Assembly: GCA_035221665.1 (NCBI GenBank)
Contig: CM069140.1
Location: forward strand, 2,976,001-3,040,000
DNA length: 64,000 nt
DNA from: Okamejei kenojei
Taxonomy: Eukaryota
Direction of reading: 5' to 3'
The notes under the pieces are model-generated. The model searched no databases and was not told where the DNA came from. It saw only the letters and a program-made list of their open reading frames with translations. This document shows, in pieces, positions 36,870 to 48,521 of this stretch; the first letter of the stretch is position 1; each line of letters opens with the position of its first letter. The position numbers and the translations under genes are program-made.

Positions 36870-37705
36870 TGGACAATAGGTGCAGGAGTAGGCCTTCGAG
36901 CCAGCACCACCATTCAATATGATCATGGTTGATCATCCCCAATCAGTACTCCGTTCCTGCCTTCACCCCATATCCCCTGACTCCATTATCTTTAAGAGCT
37001 CTAGCTCTCTCTTGAAAGTATCCAGAGAACCGGCCTCCACCGCCCTCTGAGGCAGAGAATTCCACAGACTCACAACTCTGTGAGAAAAAGTGTTTCCTCA
37101 TCTCCGTTCTAAATGACATGTCCCTTATTCTTAAACGGTTGCCCCTGGTTCTGGACTCCCCCAACATCAGGAACAAGTTTCTTGCCTCTCGCATGTCCAA
37201 ACCCTTAATAATCTTATATGTTTCAATACAATCTCCTCTCATCCTTCTAAACTCCAGGGTATACAAGCCCAGCCGCTCCATTCTCTCAGCATATGTCAGT
37301 CCCGCCATTCCGGGAATTAACCTGATGAACCTACGCTGCACTCCCTCAATAGCAAGAATGTCCTTCCTCGCATTAGGGGACTAAAACTGCACACAATACT
37401 CCAGGTGCGGTCTCCACTGGGGCCCTGTACAACTGCAGAAGGACCTATTTGCGCCTATACTTAACTCCTCTTGTTATAAAGGCAAACATGCCATTTGCTT
37501 TCTTCACTCCCTGCATGCTTACTTTCATTGACTGATGAACAAGGACCCCGAGATCCCATTGTACTTCCCGATTTCCCAACTTCACCCAATTTAGATAGTA
37601 ATCTGCCTTCCTATTTTTGCTACCAAAGTGGAAAACCTCACATTTATCCACATTAAACTGCATCTGCCATGCATCTGTCCACTCACCCAACCTGTCCAAG
37701 TCACC
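36870..37705 (-). mobile_element. CR1 LINE 3' fragment
   Basis: GDLDRLGEWTDAWQMQFNVDKC; RLGLYTLEFRRMRGD. Confidence 0.85.
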
Positions 37706-37939
37706 TGTAGATTGCCCTTTCATTGAAATGTCGGTGCCCTGGATTATTTTTGAACTCATCTCCACCCTCTTTAAAGTGTTGTCTGATCCTGGACAAAGTG
37801 AAGCAGTTTATCGTGGTCGGCATAATCTCATGCTGATAAATACTGAGGACACAGACTGGGAATATGTGGATCTCCTGTTTCCTCAACACAGGAGGTGAAA
37901 ATCTCTTAACATTTAAATCAATGAATCTTCCATTTCCAG

Positions 37940-38070
37940 GTGGAGAATGTTCCCGAAGCTGTTCGAAGTGTCTGCCGAAGTTCTTCTACCAGAGTAATCT
38001 CAATGTGACATTCTTAGATGGTTCTACCCGGCAGTATCATTGTTGGGCAGGAAAGTGTGAAATAAAGTAA
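37940..38070 (+). CDS. IgW: IgW short-form cysteine-rich secretory tail exon
   Basis: tttccag| GGECSRSCSKCLPKFFYQSNLNVTFLDGSTRQYHCWAGKCEIK*. Five Cys, an NVT sequon, phase compatible with C2, and AATAAA at 38391-38396. Confidence 0.88.
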
Positions 38071-40017
38071 TTGGCTGCGTATGGAATTTGTCATTCTATT
38101 ATTACAACCCATTTATAAGATTCAAATCCAACCCCTGGTATCCATTTGGATCAAAGTGTACCAGAGTGGGGGAAAATACTCAAAAGCTGCCTCCCTCTCC
38201 CCTCCACTCGTTGCCTGTATATTCATTCATTTGCAGACATTGCTGCTTCACATCCCAGTGCCACTGGCCAGATTTATTCATGCTCAGACTCTAGTCAGCA
38301 AGGACCACCCAGAGATTGCAATGCAGGAGATGTTTAAGGTAAACGGTGTGAAATGTCAAAGTGGCTCAGTAAAACATTGGGTGACCCTAGAATAAAGGCA
38401 AACTGGTGAGGCAAGATCCAGGGCTCTAACCGGTCTCCTGTCCTATACTGGCTTTGGGTGAAAACCATGGTTAGCACTAATTGCCACAGATTTATTGACC
38501 CACCTCAGCCCAAAGGAGAAACTTGGGGAATGCAAGGAATGTTGCAAGGAATGGACGTGTTTGGTTATAATCATCCAAGGATGAGCAGGACAAATTGTCT
38601 CTTGTGGAAGATACCAGTATTTGACAGCATGGAGAGTATCAGGTTTCATATGATGTGATTTCCCCCCCGACACCGCGATGGTGGCTACACGACTGTCACT
38701 GATGTGGGACGGGATTGAGCATCTTGCAAACACACATGTTTAACAATATCACATTGCTGATTAAAACAAGATTCACAAAGCAAAAACATTGTACACTGTA
38801 AAACTAGGCTTACAAATTTCCGATGACACTGCAACGACTGTCATCCACACTAATACCGCGCACATAACTATTTTTGAAAGGAATTTGCTCGCCATTTTGC
38901 TTAAAGAAGGAGGGGTTGTGAAATAGACAACATCTTACATTGACAAATGTTATGTCTCCTGTCAGACAGACACAGTGTATGACCTCTGCGTTCTACGCAG
39001 CTGAAGGCTTTGATCTCCAGACTCACTGAAAGTTTCAATTCTGACACAACCTTAATCACCCTCCACAATAAGTGTTTGAGAGCAAAATCAGCTCATGTGG
39101 TCCAAGTGACTGAGTGTGTAAACAGTGCACACACGAGAGTGGGCTGAGTGGAACTAGACTCATGATGCTGCTTCAGAAGACAAGTGGCAGTGCAGGTCAG
39201 TCAGGGGCAATGAATGAATAAATCATTCTCTTCCTCACCCAATGATTCTGAAGTGAAGCGGGAAAATACATCTAATGCAGAATTTCATCGCAATCTGCAG
39301 CAGGAGGGGGACCTTGATACTTCTAACCATTCAATGATTTGCTCTGCTGTCGCTGGAGAGTCAGCCACTAATTTGTTTCAGATAGTTTCTATCAATTACT
39401 GAAATGCCTCAAAGTCTTCACTGAATAACAGTCACACTAAACTGACACTAGTATGTGGCTGAGTGAGTTTTGGTGCTTGTGGGCAACACTGCAACGTGAC
39501 ACAGCAAGTGGTACAAAGGTGAAAGGAGTGCAGGCTTACGAGTGCCCAGAGTTGGAAGAATGACACATTTACTGAAGGTTGTGTTTGTGGTGAAGGTTTC
39601 TGAGATGGTGAGACACATGGTCAGAGTAAGGCTGCGATATCAGCATGTGACATTCTTAAACTGAGGGAATCCCAGGCTTGGCCTACAGGGAGAAAAGTTG
39701 CTTTTCTCATTCATGTTGCTCAGTATTACTAATCGATGCTGCAGGGGTTCCAAGCAAAGCACATATCAAATTGTGCCCCTGTAATGTACCAGCTGATCAT
39801 GGTGATGGGAAAGAGTCAAATCCCAGTTGATGGCTCCTTTGTTCTGTTTTTTTCAGTCAAAGCTATTTAACATGAGTTTTTCTACTATTCTGTTTGCAAT
39901 AAACGTAGTCAGTGTATAGTTTGATCTGGCATTGATCAGTCTTTCATGTGATGACATACACATCTTAAAGTTCTTTTATAAGACACCTGTTTGGATTTCT
40001 GCCCTGGCTTTCCATAA

Positions 40018-40296
40018 AAAGCCTGAGCCACTTATGCAATTTTTTCCGGCGACTGCCAGCGCGTGTCATAGTCGCAGCAGGTCGCGACTGAGGAGACTAC
40101 TCACGACCATACAGGCGACACCCTGACAACATATCGCGGAGTGAAGCCTATATGGTCGTGAGTAGTCGCCCAAAGAGTCGTACCTTGTTCGGGTCGCCGC
40201 TGGATTTTCAACATGTTTACAATTTTCGGCGACCTGCACCGACTTATGATGGGTGCTGGCAGTCGCCAAAAGAGTCATGTAAGTGGAACAGGCCCT
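40018..40296. mobile_element. Harbinger-type foldback MITE, partly degenerate
   Basis: Right TIR taagtggaacaggccct; internal sequence matches the copy at 47831-48161. Confidence 0.75.
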
Positions 40297-40352
40297 TTAG
40301 TAACAGATGAGTCTCAACTAAAATTCTGAACTTTTCCATTTCTGATCCACAG

Positions 40353-40649
40353 TATTGTCCATCTTCATTCAAAATCCTGGCATGAAAGAGATTTGGATCA
40401 ACAAGACCGCTACGCTGGTGTGTTCAGTGATCTGTAGTGATCCGAGCCATCTCACCTGGAAGGTGGGAGGAAAGGAGAGAAGTGAAGGAGTTGTGACCCG
40501 TACACCGAGCCATGAAGGCACCCGATACCCAGTGATCAGTGAGCTCCGGACCAGCGTGGAGGAGTGGACCAGCGGGGTGGAGTTTGTGTGCTTTGCCCAA
40601 CAATCTTCATCATCCTCACCAATGTCAACGCGGACCCACCATGTCAAAG
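40353..40649 (+). CDS. IgW: IgW constant exon C3
   Basis: ccacag| VLSIFIQNPGMKEIWINKTATLVCSVICSDPSHLTW...VEEWTSGVEFVC...HVK g|gtgggc. Confidence 0.9.
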
Positions 40650-41194
40650 GTGGGCAACAGATCAGTGCTTAAATGGCCGTGACAGAGAGAGCGACAGGGT
40701 ACAGAGAGGATTTACAAGGATGTTGCCTGGGCTAGAGAGCTACAGGGAGAGGTTGAGTGGGCTGGGACTCTATTCCTTGGAGCGTAGGAGGATGAGGGAA
40801 TATCTTATTGAGGTGTATAAAATCATGAGTGAAATTGATTGGATAGATGCACAGAGTCTCTTGCCCAGAGTAGGTGAATTGAGTACCAGAGAACATAGGT
40901 TTAAGGTGAAGGGGGAAAGATTTAATAGGAATCGGAGGGGTTATTTTTCATGGAAAGGGTGGTGGATGTATGAAACAAGCTGCCAGAGGAGGTAGTTGAG
41001 GCAGGGATTATCCTAACATTAAAAAAACAGACAGGGACAGGTTTGGAGGGATGTGGACCAGACACGGCAGGTGAGACTAATGTAGCTGGGACATGTTGGC
41101 CGGGGTGGGCAAGTTGGGCTGAAGGGTCTATTTCCACACTGTATCACTCTATGACTCTATGAGAGAGTTTAACATCTATTTTCCTCTGTTCCAG

Positions 41195-41512
41195 TTGAGC
41201 CAAAAAAACCTGAAGTCAGACTGCTGCTTCCAGCACACGAAGAGACCAAGCATAGCCACAAGGTCACCCTCGAGTGTGTGGTTTCTGGATTCTACCCAGA
41301 CCTCATCAACGTCACTTGGAGTAAAGACGGTGCCCTGATCTCCAACAACACCAGCGCTGCACCAACTGCTCTGGAGCAGGGGGGCACTTTCAGTGCCAGC
41401 CACTTCCTGACCATGAGTACAGAGGATTGGAAGTCAGGCTCACGCTTCAATTGTACAGTGTATCATCGTGCCTCCAACACCATCATCACGAAGGATGCGA
41501 AGAACATCCAAG
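41195..41512 (+). CDS. IgW: IgW constant exon C4
   Basis: ttccag| VEPKKPEVRLLLP...TLECVVSGFYPDLINVTW...EDWKSGSRFNCTVYH...NIQ g|gtaggc. Confidence 0.92.
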
Positions 41513-42504
41513 GTAGGCTCCTGGGATTCATTCCATTCTCCACATTGTAAACTATGCCACGCATGGGCAGCACTGTAACACGGTGCAGTCCTGTTGTGGG
41601 CTTGTTAGTGAATCTGGCCACAGAATTAATTGTATCTTTGACATTGCTTTAGTAACATGAGGGCAATCCAAGCCAGTCGACAGGCCAGACGGTGGAGATC
41701 CACGATACTCTTCTTCAAAACGGTCTTTCCCTCTGTCTTTGTACTTAATGTGAGTGGGTGCCTCAGCTGTGACAGAGTGTCCAGCAGAGCAGCTCTCTCC
41801 CTGCCCTAGAGTGGCAACAGTCAGTCTGGGCAATGTGTAGCAGCCTCTGGAACAGGCCAGCTGCAACACACAACATTCTGACAAAGCAGCAGGAGAGTTT
41901 AATTACACCTCATGGATACAAACTGCTTTTAAACAGTTGTGACTAAATGAAGGGACACAAAGTGCTGGAGTAACTCAGCTGGTCAGGCAACATCCCTGGA
42001 GGACATGGGGAAGTGAGGTTTCGGGTCGAGACCTTTCTTCATCCTACTCCTGACCACTCATGAGTATAAATAAAATAATGCCGCTGCTTCTATTTTATAA
42101 TATAAAGTGAAGAACTTTCCACTGACTGGTTAGCACGCGACAAAAGCTTATCACTGCACCTCGGTACATGTGACAATAAACAAAACTGAATTGAACATTT
42201 TTACCTCAAACATTAGCTTGATTTGCCTCTCAGAGGGAATTTTATACATTTGATTCAGTAAATAGCTGGTAACAGGTTCAGTGAACACAAAACTGTCAAA
42301 TAATGTAAAAAACTTGTTAATTCACATTGTTTAGCAAGGTTTCCTTGTGGGATCAATAGGAAGCTTCATTCCTACACCAATGTAGATATATCTCCCTGAT
42401 GTTGATGGGACCAGCATATCATTAGGTGGAGATGAGCACAAAATACTTCAGTGGCAAGCTGCTCCATCAGGGAACGATGACATAATAATTGTGATTTCTC
42501 CCAG

Positions 42505-42825
42505 ATGAATGCTCAGTTGCCCGCCCCTCGGTCACTTTAAGCAAACCTTCCTTCGACGAGATCTGGATCAACAAGACAGCCACCATTCTGTGTAAGGTGG
42601 TTCACGGTGATTTAGAGGGATTCAGGGTAACCTGGCAAGTGAATGGAATGAAGAGAGAAGACGGGGTGAAAACTCGTGGTGTAGAGAGGATCGGAGGTGC
42701 AGACACCATCACCAGCGGACTGACGGTCCCCGCTGCAGAGTGGGAGAGTGGGGCTCTGTACACCTGTGTGGTGGAGGACAAGAGTTTGCCAACACCGGAG
42801 AGCAGATCCTTGGAGAAGCCGACAG
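42505..42825 (+). CDS. IgW: IgW constant exon C5
   Basis: ctcccag| DECSVARPSVTLSKPSFDEIWINKTATILCKV...VTW...EWESGALYTCVVED...EKPT g|gtacgt. Confidence 0.92.
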
Positions 42826-43214
42826 GTACGTGTTGACAGAGGTTGGTGCGAGTCTGATCTGAGCAAATGGACAGACATATCACATCCAGCATAGAAAATA
42901 ATTGCAGGAGCAGGCCATTCAGCCCTTCAATCCTGCACAGACATTCAATATGTGCACAGCTGATCACCCATATTCAGTACTCGCTTCCTGCATTCTCTCC
43001 ATATCCCTTGATCCCTTTACCCTAAGAACTGGATCCAACTCATTCTAGCATATATCTAATAATTGGGCTTCAGTGGCAGAGAATGCCCAGGTTCACCACT
43101 GTCTGGATGAAGACATTTCTCCCCCTCACACACCTACATACCTTCACCTCAGACTGTCAACTCCTGGCCTGGATTCCCCGATATCTGAAACATTCTTCCT
43201 CTGCCTCACCTGTT

Positions 43215-44430
43215 CATAGAAACATAGAAAATAGATGCAGGAGGAGGCCATTCGGCCCTTCGAGCCAGCACCACCATTCATTGTAATCATGGCTGATCGT
43301 CCCCAATGAATAACCCGTGCGTGCCTTCTCCCCATATCCCTTGATTCCACTAGCTCCGAGAGCTCTATCTAACTCTCTCTTAAATCCATCCAGTGACTTG
43401 GCATCCACTGCCCTCTGTGGCAGGGAATTCCACAAATTCACAACTCTCTGGGTGAAAGAGTTTTTTCTCACCTCAGTCTTAAATGGCCTCCCCTTTATTC
43501 TAAGACTGACCCCTAGTTCTGGACTCGCCCAACATTGGGAACATTTTTCCTGCATCTAGCTTGTCCAGTCCTTTTATAATTTTATATGTTTCTATAAGAT
43601 TCCCCCTCATCCTTCTAAACTCCAGTGTGTACAAGCCTAGTCTTTTCAATCTTTCCTCAAATGGCAGTCCCGCCATCCCAGGGATCAATCTCGTGAACCT
43701 ACGCTGCACTGCCTCAATCACAAGGATGTCCTTCCACAAATTAGGAGACCAAAACTGTATGCAATACTCCAGATGTGGTCTTACCAGAGCCCTATACAAC
43801 TGCAGAAGAACCTCTCTACTCCTATACTGAAATCCTCTTGTTATGAAGGCCAAAATTCCGTTAGCTTTCTTCACTGCCCGCTGTATCTGCACGCTAGCTT
43901 TCAGTGACCGGTGTACAAGGACACCCAGGTCTCGCTGTACTTCCCCCTTACCTAACCTAACCCCATGGAGATAATAATCTGCCCCTTTGTTTTTGCCACC
44001 AAAGTGGATAACCTCACATTTATCTATATTATCCTGCATCTGCCGCGCATCTGCCCACTCACTCAACCTGTACAGGACACCTTACAACCTCCTAACATCC
44101 TCTTTACTGTTCACACTGCCATCCAGCTTTATCATCCGCAAACTTGCTAGTATTGCTCCTAATTCCCTCTTCCAAATCATTAATCTATATGGGAACAGTT
44201 GCGGCTCAACACCGAGCCTTGTGGCACTCCACTCGCCACTGCCTGCCATTCTGAAAAGGAGCTGTTCACTCCTACTCTTTGCTTCCTGTCTGCCAACCAA
44301 TTTTCTATCCACGTCAACACCCTACCCAATACCATGTGCTCTAATTTTAGTCACCAGTCTCCCGTGCGGGACCTTATCAAAGGCTTTCTGAAAGTTTGGA
44401 CACACTACATCCACTGCCTCCCCTTCATCA
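43215..44430 (-). mobile_element. CR1 LINE 3' fragment
   Basis: RT C-terminal ORF 43500-44066 and a typical 3' tail. Confidence 0.88.
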
Positions 44431-45098
44431 ATCCGGTTAAGAATTTAATAGTTTCTCTCAGATGCCTTTGGATTTTCTAAACTCCAGGGGATATCTAATG
44501 GATATTGCATGGACTTACAGATGGTCAGAGAGTGTGAGGGAGCAAAAGAAGATTAAACTCAGCTGATTAACCACATCATTAAAATCCCAGGTCACCACGA
44601 CAGCCTCGCCCAATACCACACTTGTTCCCACAACGTGGAGCTTCTTATCCTTCCTATCCGATTCCCTCTCATCCTTCTATATTCCAGAGTACACAAGCCC
44701 AGCCACTCCATTCTCTCAGCATATGACAGTCCCGCCATACAGAGAACATGTACGTTTTTGGAGTATGGGAGAAAATCTGAGCACCCGGAGAAAACCCACG
44801 CAGTCACGTATAAACTCCATACAGGCACCACCCATAGTCGGGATCAAACCCATGTCTCTGGCATTGTAGGCAGCAATTCTACCGCTGTGCCATCATACCG
44901 CCCTGTATAATGCACCAGAGGCATAATTTCTATTCCATACATCCCTACAATGAGCAGAAAGGAAAAGCCTTTAGTTTTAGGTGAACTGAGGTCCCTCAGG
45001 ATGTAAACGGTGTCCATGTCAATATAAGATTGGAATGTATTGGGTAAGTACAGAATTACCGACAGATTCAGTCTAACTCGGGTTCTCTCTGTTCCCAG

Positions 45099-45484
45099 AT
45101 GGAGTTGAGAGTCGTCCTCAAGTCTACCTCCTCCCCCCTTCATTGGATGAGGTGGAGACGGATGAGACGGCCACCTTGACGTGCCTGGTCACCAGATTCT
45201 CTCCTGCTGACATCTATGTGGCCTGGATGGCCAACGACACCCTTCTGAAGACAGGGATCGTGAACCAGCCCGTGACCAAGGACACCAGGAATGGGTGGAA
45301 CACCATGACCAGTCAGTTGAAGGTTTCTCCAGAGGAGTGGAACAGTGGCACCACCTTCTCCTGTGTTGTGGGACACGGCTCCATCACAACCAGCCTATTC
45401 AGAAGCATCAATAAATCTCACAACAAACCCACCCTGGTCAATGTCTCACTTGTTCTGACTGATAGCTTTAAATCTTGTGTGTAA
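45099..45484 (+). CDS. IgW: IgW constant exon C6 with long-form secretory tailpiece
   Basis: ttcccag| DGVESRPQVYLLPP...TLTCLVTRFSPADIYVAW...EEWNSGTTFSCVVGH...KSHNKPTLVNVSLVLTDSFKSCV*. NVS sequon and penultimate Cys, as in IgM-type tailpieces. Confidence 0.94.
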
Positions 45485-45784
45485 CATGATTCATTTCTCA
45501 AACACTTGTTTTGTTCATTTCTGGATTTATTAACTGACCCAGAGGATGATGGGTTAGTTCCCTAACACATCATCAAATTGTGAACCTTTGTAAATCATTA
45601 AAAACATAATACCACACGAGATACAAATTAAGCTACAGCCATGATTCACCACAAATGTCTGAGCTTCTGGATACATTTACAGAACTTTTTTTGCCATGAT
45701 TTTAATCAGAAACAAATTTTAATCCTGTATGGGATCACACGAGGTATTAAATCTATGTATGTGTCAATGTACCAATACAAGTTC

Positions 45785-45790
45785 AATAAA
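45785..45790 (+). terminator. PolyA signal of the long secreted form
   Basis: AATAAA followed by a GT-rich downstream tract. Confidence 0.7.
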
Positions 45791-47480
45791 TGTGATGTGA
45801 AAAAGGTTTTGTGTGCGTGTCTGTGACTGGTGTGTTTTGGGTGGCAGTACATGGGTAGCTTGGGATGTGAGGTGTGCACATTCTAGGAGAAGCACATTCT
45901 GGAGAAAGAGGTGTTGTTGGATCAATGTGTCCAAAACCTCCCACCAATTGGTTGTTCTCACACCCACGCCTGACCAGTTGAAGATAGAGATTGATTGTGG
46001 TTGTTGGCCATTAACTCCATTATCACTGTGCCATGCGACTGTCAGGGTGACACAAGGTGAACTGATTGGACCATGGTCTTTCCTAGCCCAGCTGTGACAA
46101 TGTACCTGATGCAAGCTCCCACACGGAAACCAAATCTGGCCAGATCTCCTGCGTCAGGTAGTCCTTACTTTCTCCCTCTTTCCCCTCCCCTTCCCAGCTC
46201 TCCCAACAGCCCACCTGTGTTTAGCTGTTTGGGTTCGGGGTAAATATTAGCTCAGAACACTCGTGGTCATGTCGTGGCATTGCTGACATCTACCTGAGAA
46301 GCACCTCCTTAAAGCCTCATGACAGCAGCTTTCATGAGGTGACATTGCTCACACACTGAGCCACACGTGACATCTGTGTCTAACAAGGGGGATGGTTGTT
46401 TGAGGAGTCTCTGTCCTCAGTGGGTGTGCACGGATGATGTTGAATAAAAGAGACAACTCATCATTGGTAACTCTTCTATTCCAATGTTACATTTAAACAT
46501 CTGCCTGTCGGTGCTTAAAGTAAATCTGTTCTTGAATCTGCTGCTACGTGCTTTCAAGCTTCTTGTATCTTCTGGAGAGGGAGTAGAGACAATGACTGGG
46601 ATATGAGGGTTCCTCGATGATGTTGGCTGCTTTCCAGAGGCAGCGTGAAGTGTCGATGGTGGAAGGAGTAATGGTTGAGAGTGGGGGATGCAATGTCCAT
46701 TGTGTGGGCCGAGGGTTGTTTGGTTTATTGTCACGTAGACCGAGGTACAGTGAAAATGCTTTTTGTTGTGTGCTAACCAGTCACCAGAAAGACTATATAA
46801 TTACAATAAAGCCATCCACAACATACAGATACATGATAAAGGGAATAATGTTTTGTGCAAGGTAATTGCTTGATAACAGCTGGGAAGAAACTGTCCCTGA
46901 ATCTGGAGGAGTGCGTTTTCACACTTCTATACCTTTTGCCTGATGGGAGAGGGGAGAAGAGAGAGTGGACAGGATGCGACTGGTCCTTGATTATGCTGCT
47001 GGCCTTGCCGAGGCAGCGTGAGATGCAAATGGAGTCAGTGGAAGGGAGGTTAGTTTGTGCGATGATCTGGGCTGCAACCACAATTTGCTGCCATTTCTTG
47101 GATGGAACTGTTCACAAACCATACTGTGATGCATCCGGATAAAGTGCTTTCCATGGTGCACTAAAATTAAATACCAATAAAGAATTGAACAGCATGTAGT
47201 TTTATTTGTGTTAGTGTTATTGTATTTGTATAAGTGTTGTGGAGAATGTATTGTGTTCGATTATAAGAAATTAGAGAGTGCGCATAATTTCAAGGGTCAA
47301 ACTCTGTATAAATACTGTGGAATTTCAGAGCAGCAGGTAACTGGGACTGTGCTGCCCTCCTTGTGCACACGTCAATAAAGTGAGTCTGGAAAATGAATGC
47401 AAGTCGTCAGAGTCCAGTTAGTCGGTGACGACAACACCAGACTTTGTCTGGTTTGTAAGCTTCCTATTTCTCATCTGCAG

Positions 47481-47783
47481 AATTGTCTGTCTTTATCCAA
47501 ACCCCCTCCATTGAAGAGATTTGGATCAACAAGACCGCTACTGTGGTGTGCGTGGTAATGGGTGCTGATCTGAGCCATGTCCAAATCTACTGGCAAGTGA
47601 GCGGAAGGGAGAGAACGACAGAGATGTGACCCACCAAACCGAGAGGAGAAAGGACCCAAGACAGAAGTGAGCAGTAAACTCCGGTGCAGTGTGGAGGAAT
47701 GGACCAGTGGGTGGAGGTTGTGTGCTCTGCCCAACGATCTCCATCGTCCTCACCAGCGTCAGCACGGATAGAAAGTGCCAAAG
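47481..47783 (+). pseudogene. IgW: Duplicated C3-like exon (C3'), three single-base deletions as assembled
   Basis: ctgcag| ELSVFIQTPSIEEIWINKTATVVCVV...IYWQVSG / EVSSKLRCSVEEWTSG / VEVVCSAQ...SAK g|gtgggc. Shares the exact run gagatttggatcaacaagaccgctac and the donor context with C3. Confidence 0.88.
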
Positions 47784-47830
47784 GTGGGCAAGAAATCGGC
47801 AATGATATGGCCAACATTAGTTTACCATGA

Positions 47831-48161
47831 AGGGCCTGTCCCATTTACGCGATTTTTTCGGCGACTGCCGGGACCCGTCATAGGTCGGTGAAATTTTTCA
47901 ACATGTTGAAAATCCAGCGGTGACCAGAAAGACGTTATGACTCTTTGGGCGACTGAGCAGACTACTCACGACCATACAGGTGACACCCTGGCGACATGTC
48001 GCGGGGTGAAGCCTGTATGGTCATGAGTAGTCGCCCAGAGTGATACCTTGTTCTTGTCGCCACTGGATTTTCAACATGTTGAAAATTTTTGTCGACCTGT
48101 AAACCACCTATGATGGGTGCCGGTAAGTCGCTGAAAAAGTCACGTAAGTGGGACAGGCCCT
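47831..48161. mobile_element. PIF/Harbinger foldback MITE
   Basis: TIRs agggcctgtccca / tgggacaggccct, 3-bp TSD TGA, and an imperfect palindrome across the whole element. Confidence 0.85.
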
Positions 48162-48203
48162 TGAGGAAGAGGGTCTCACATCTCCTTTGCTCCTCTGTTC
48201 CAG

Positions 48204-48521
48204 TTGAAACAAAAAGTCCCAAGGTCAGACTGCTGCCTCCAGCTCTTGAAGAGACCAAGCATAGCCACACAGCCACCCTCGAGTGTGTGCTCTCTGGTTT
48301 CTACCCGGACCTCATAAACGTCACTTGGGAGAAAGACGGAGCCCCGATCTCCTCCACCACCAGCACTACACCGACTGCTCTGGAGCAGGGTAGGACATTC
48401 AGTGCTAGCCACTTCCTGACTGTGAGTTCAGATGATTGGAAGAAAGGCTCAGTCTTCGGCTGTACAGTGTCTCATCCCCCCTCGAACACCAGTATCAGCC
48501 GGGAAGTGAAAAGCTTTCAAG
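48204..48521 (+). CDS. IgW: Duplicated C4-like exon (C4'), intact
   Basis: Same length as C4 (318 nt) and same acceptor (tcctctgttccag); 75/106 aa identical by hand count; canonical C-W-C retained; donor g|gtacgg. Confidence 0.9.

Noticed and set aside
41767-41840. Possible tail exon AVTECPAEQLSPCPRVATVSLGNV* after C4, with AATAAA near 42069
   Set aside because: The acceptor lacks an adjacent polypyrimidine tract and there is no homology to the other tails. Not supportable without transcripts.
27341-45484. Alternative assignment as IgM or IgNAR
   Set aside because: Six C domains plus a separate Cys-rich tail exon, a conventional VH with full FR2/CDR2, and a CH1 with a light-chain Cys fit IgW. 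IgM has four C domains; IgNAR lacks CH1 and most of CDR2.
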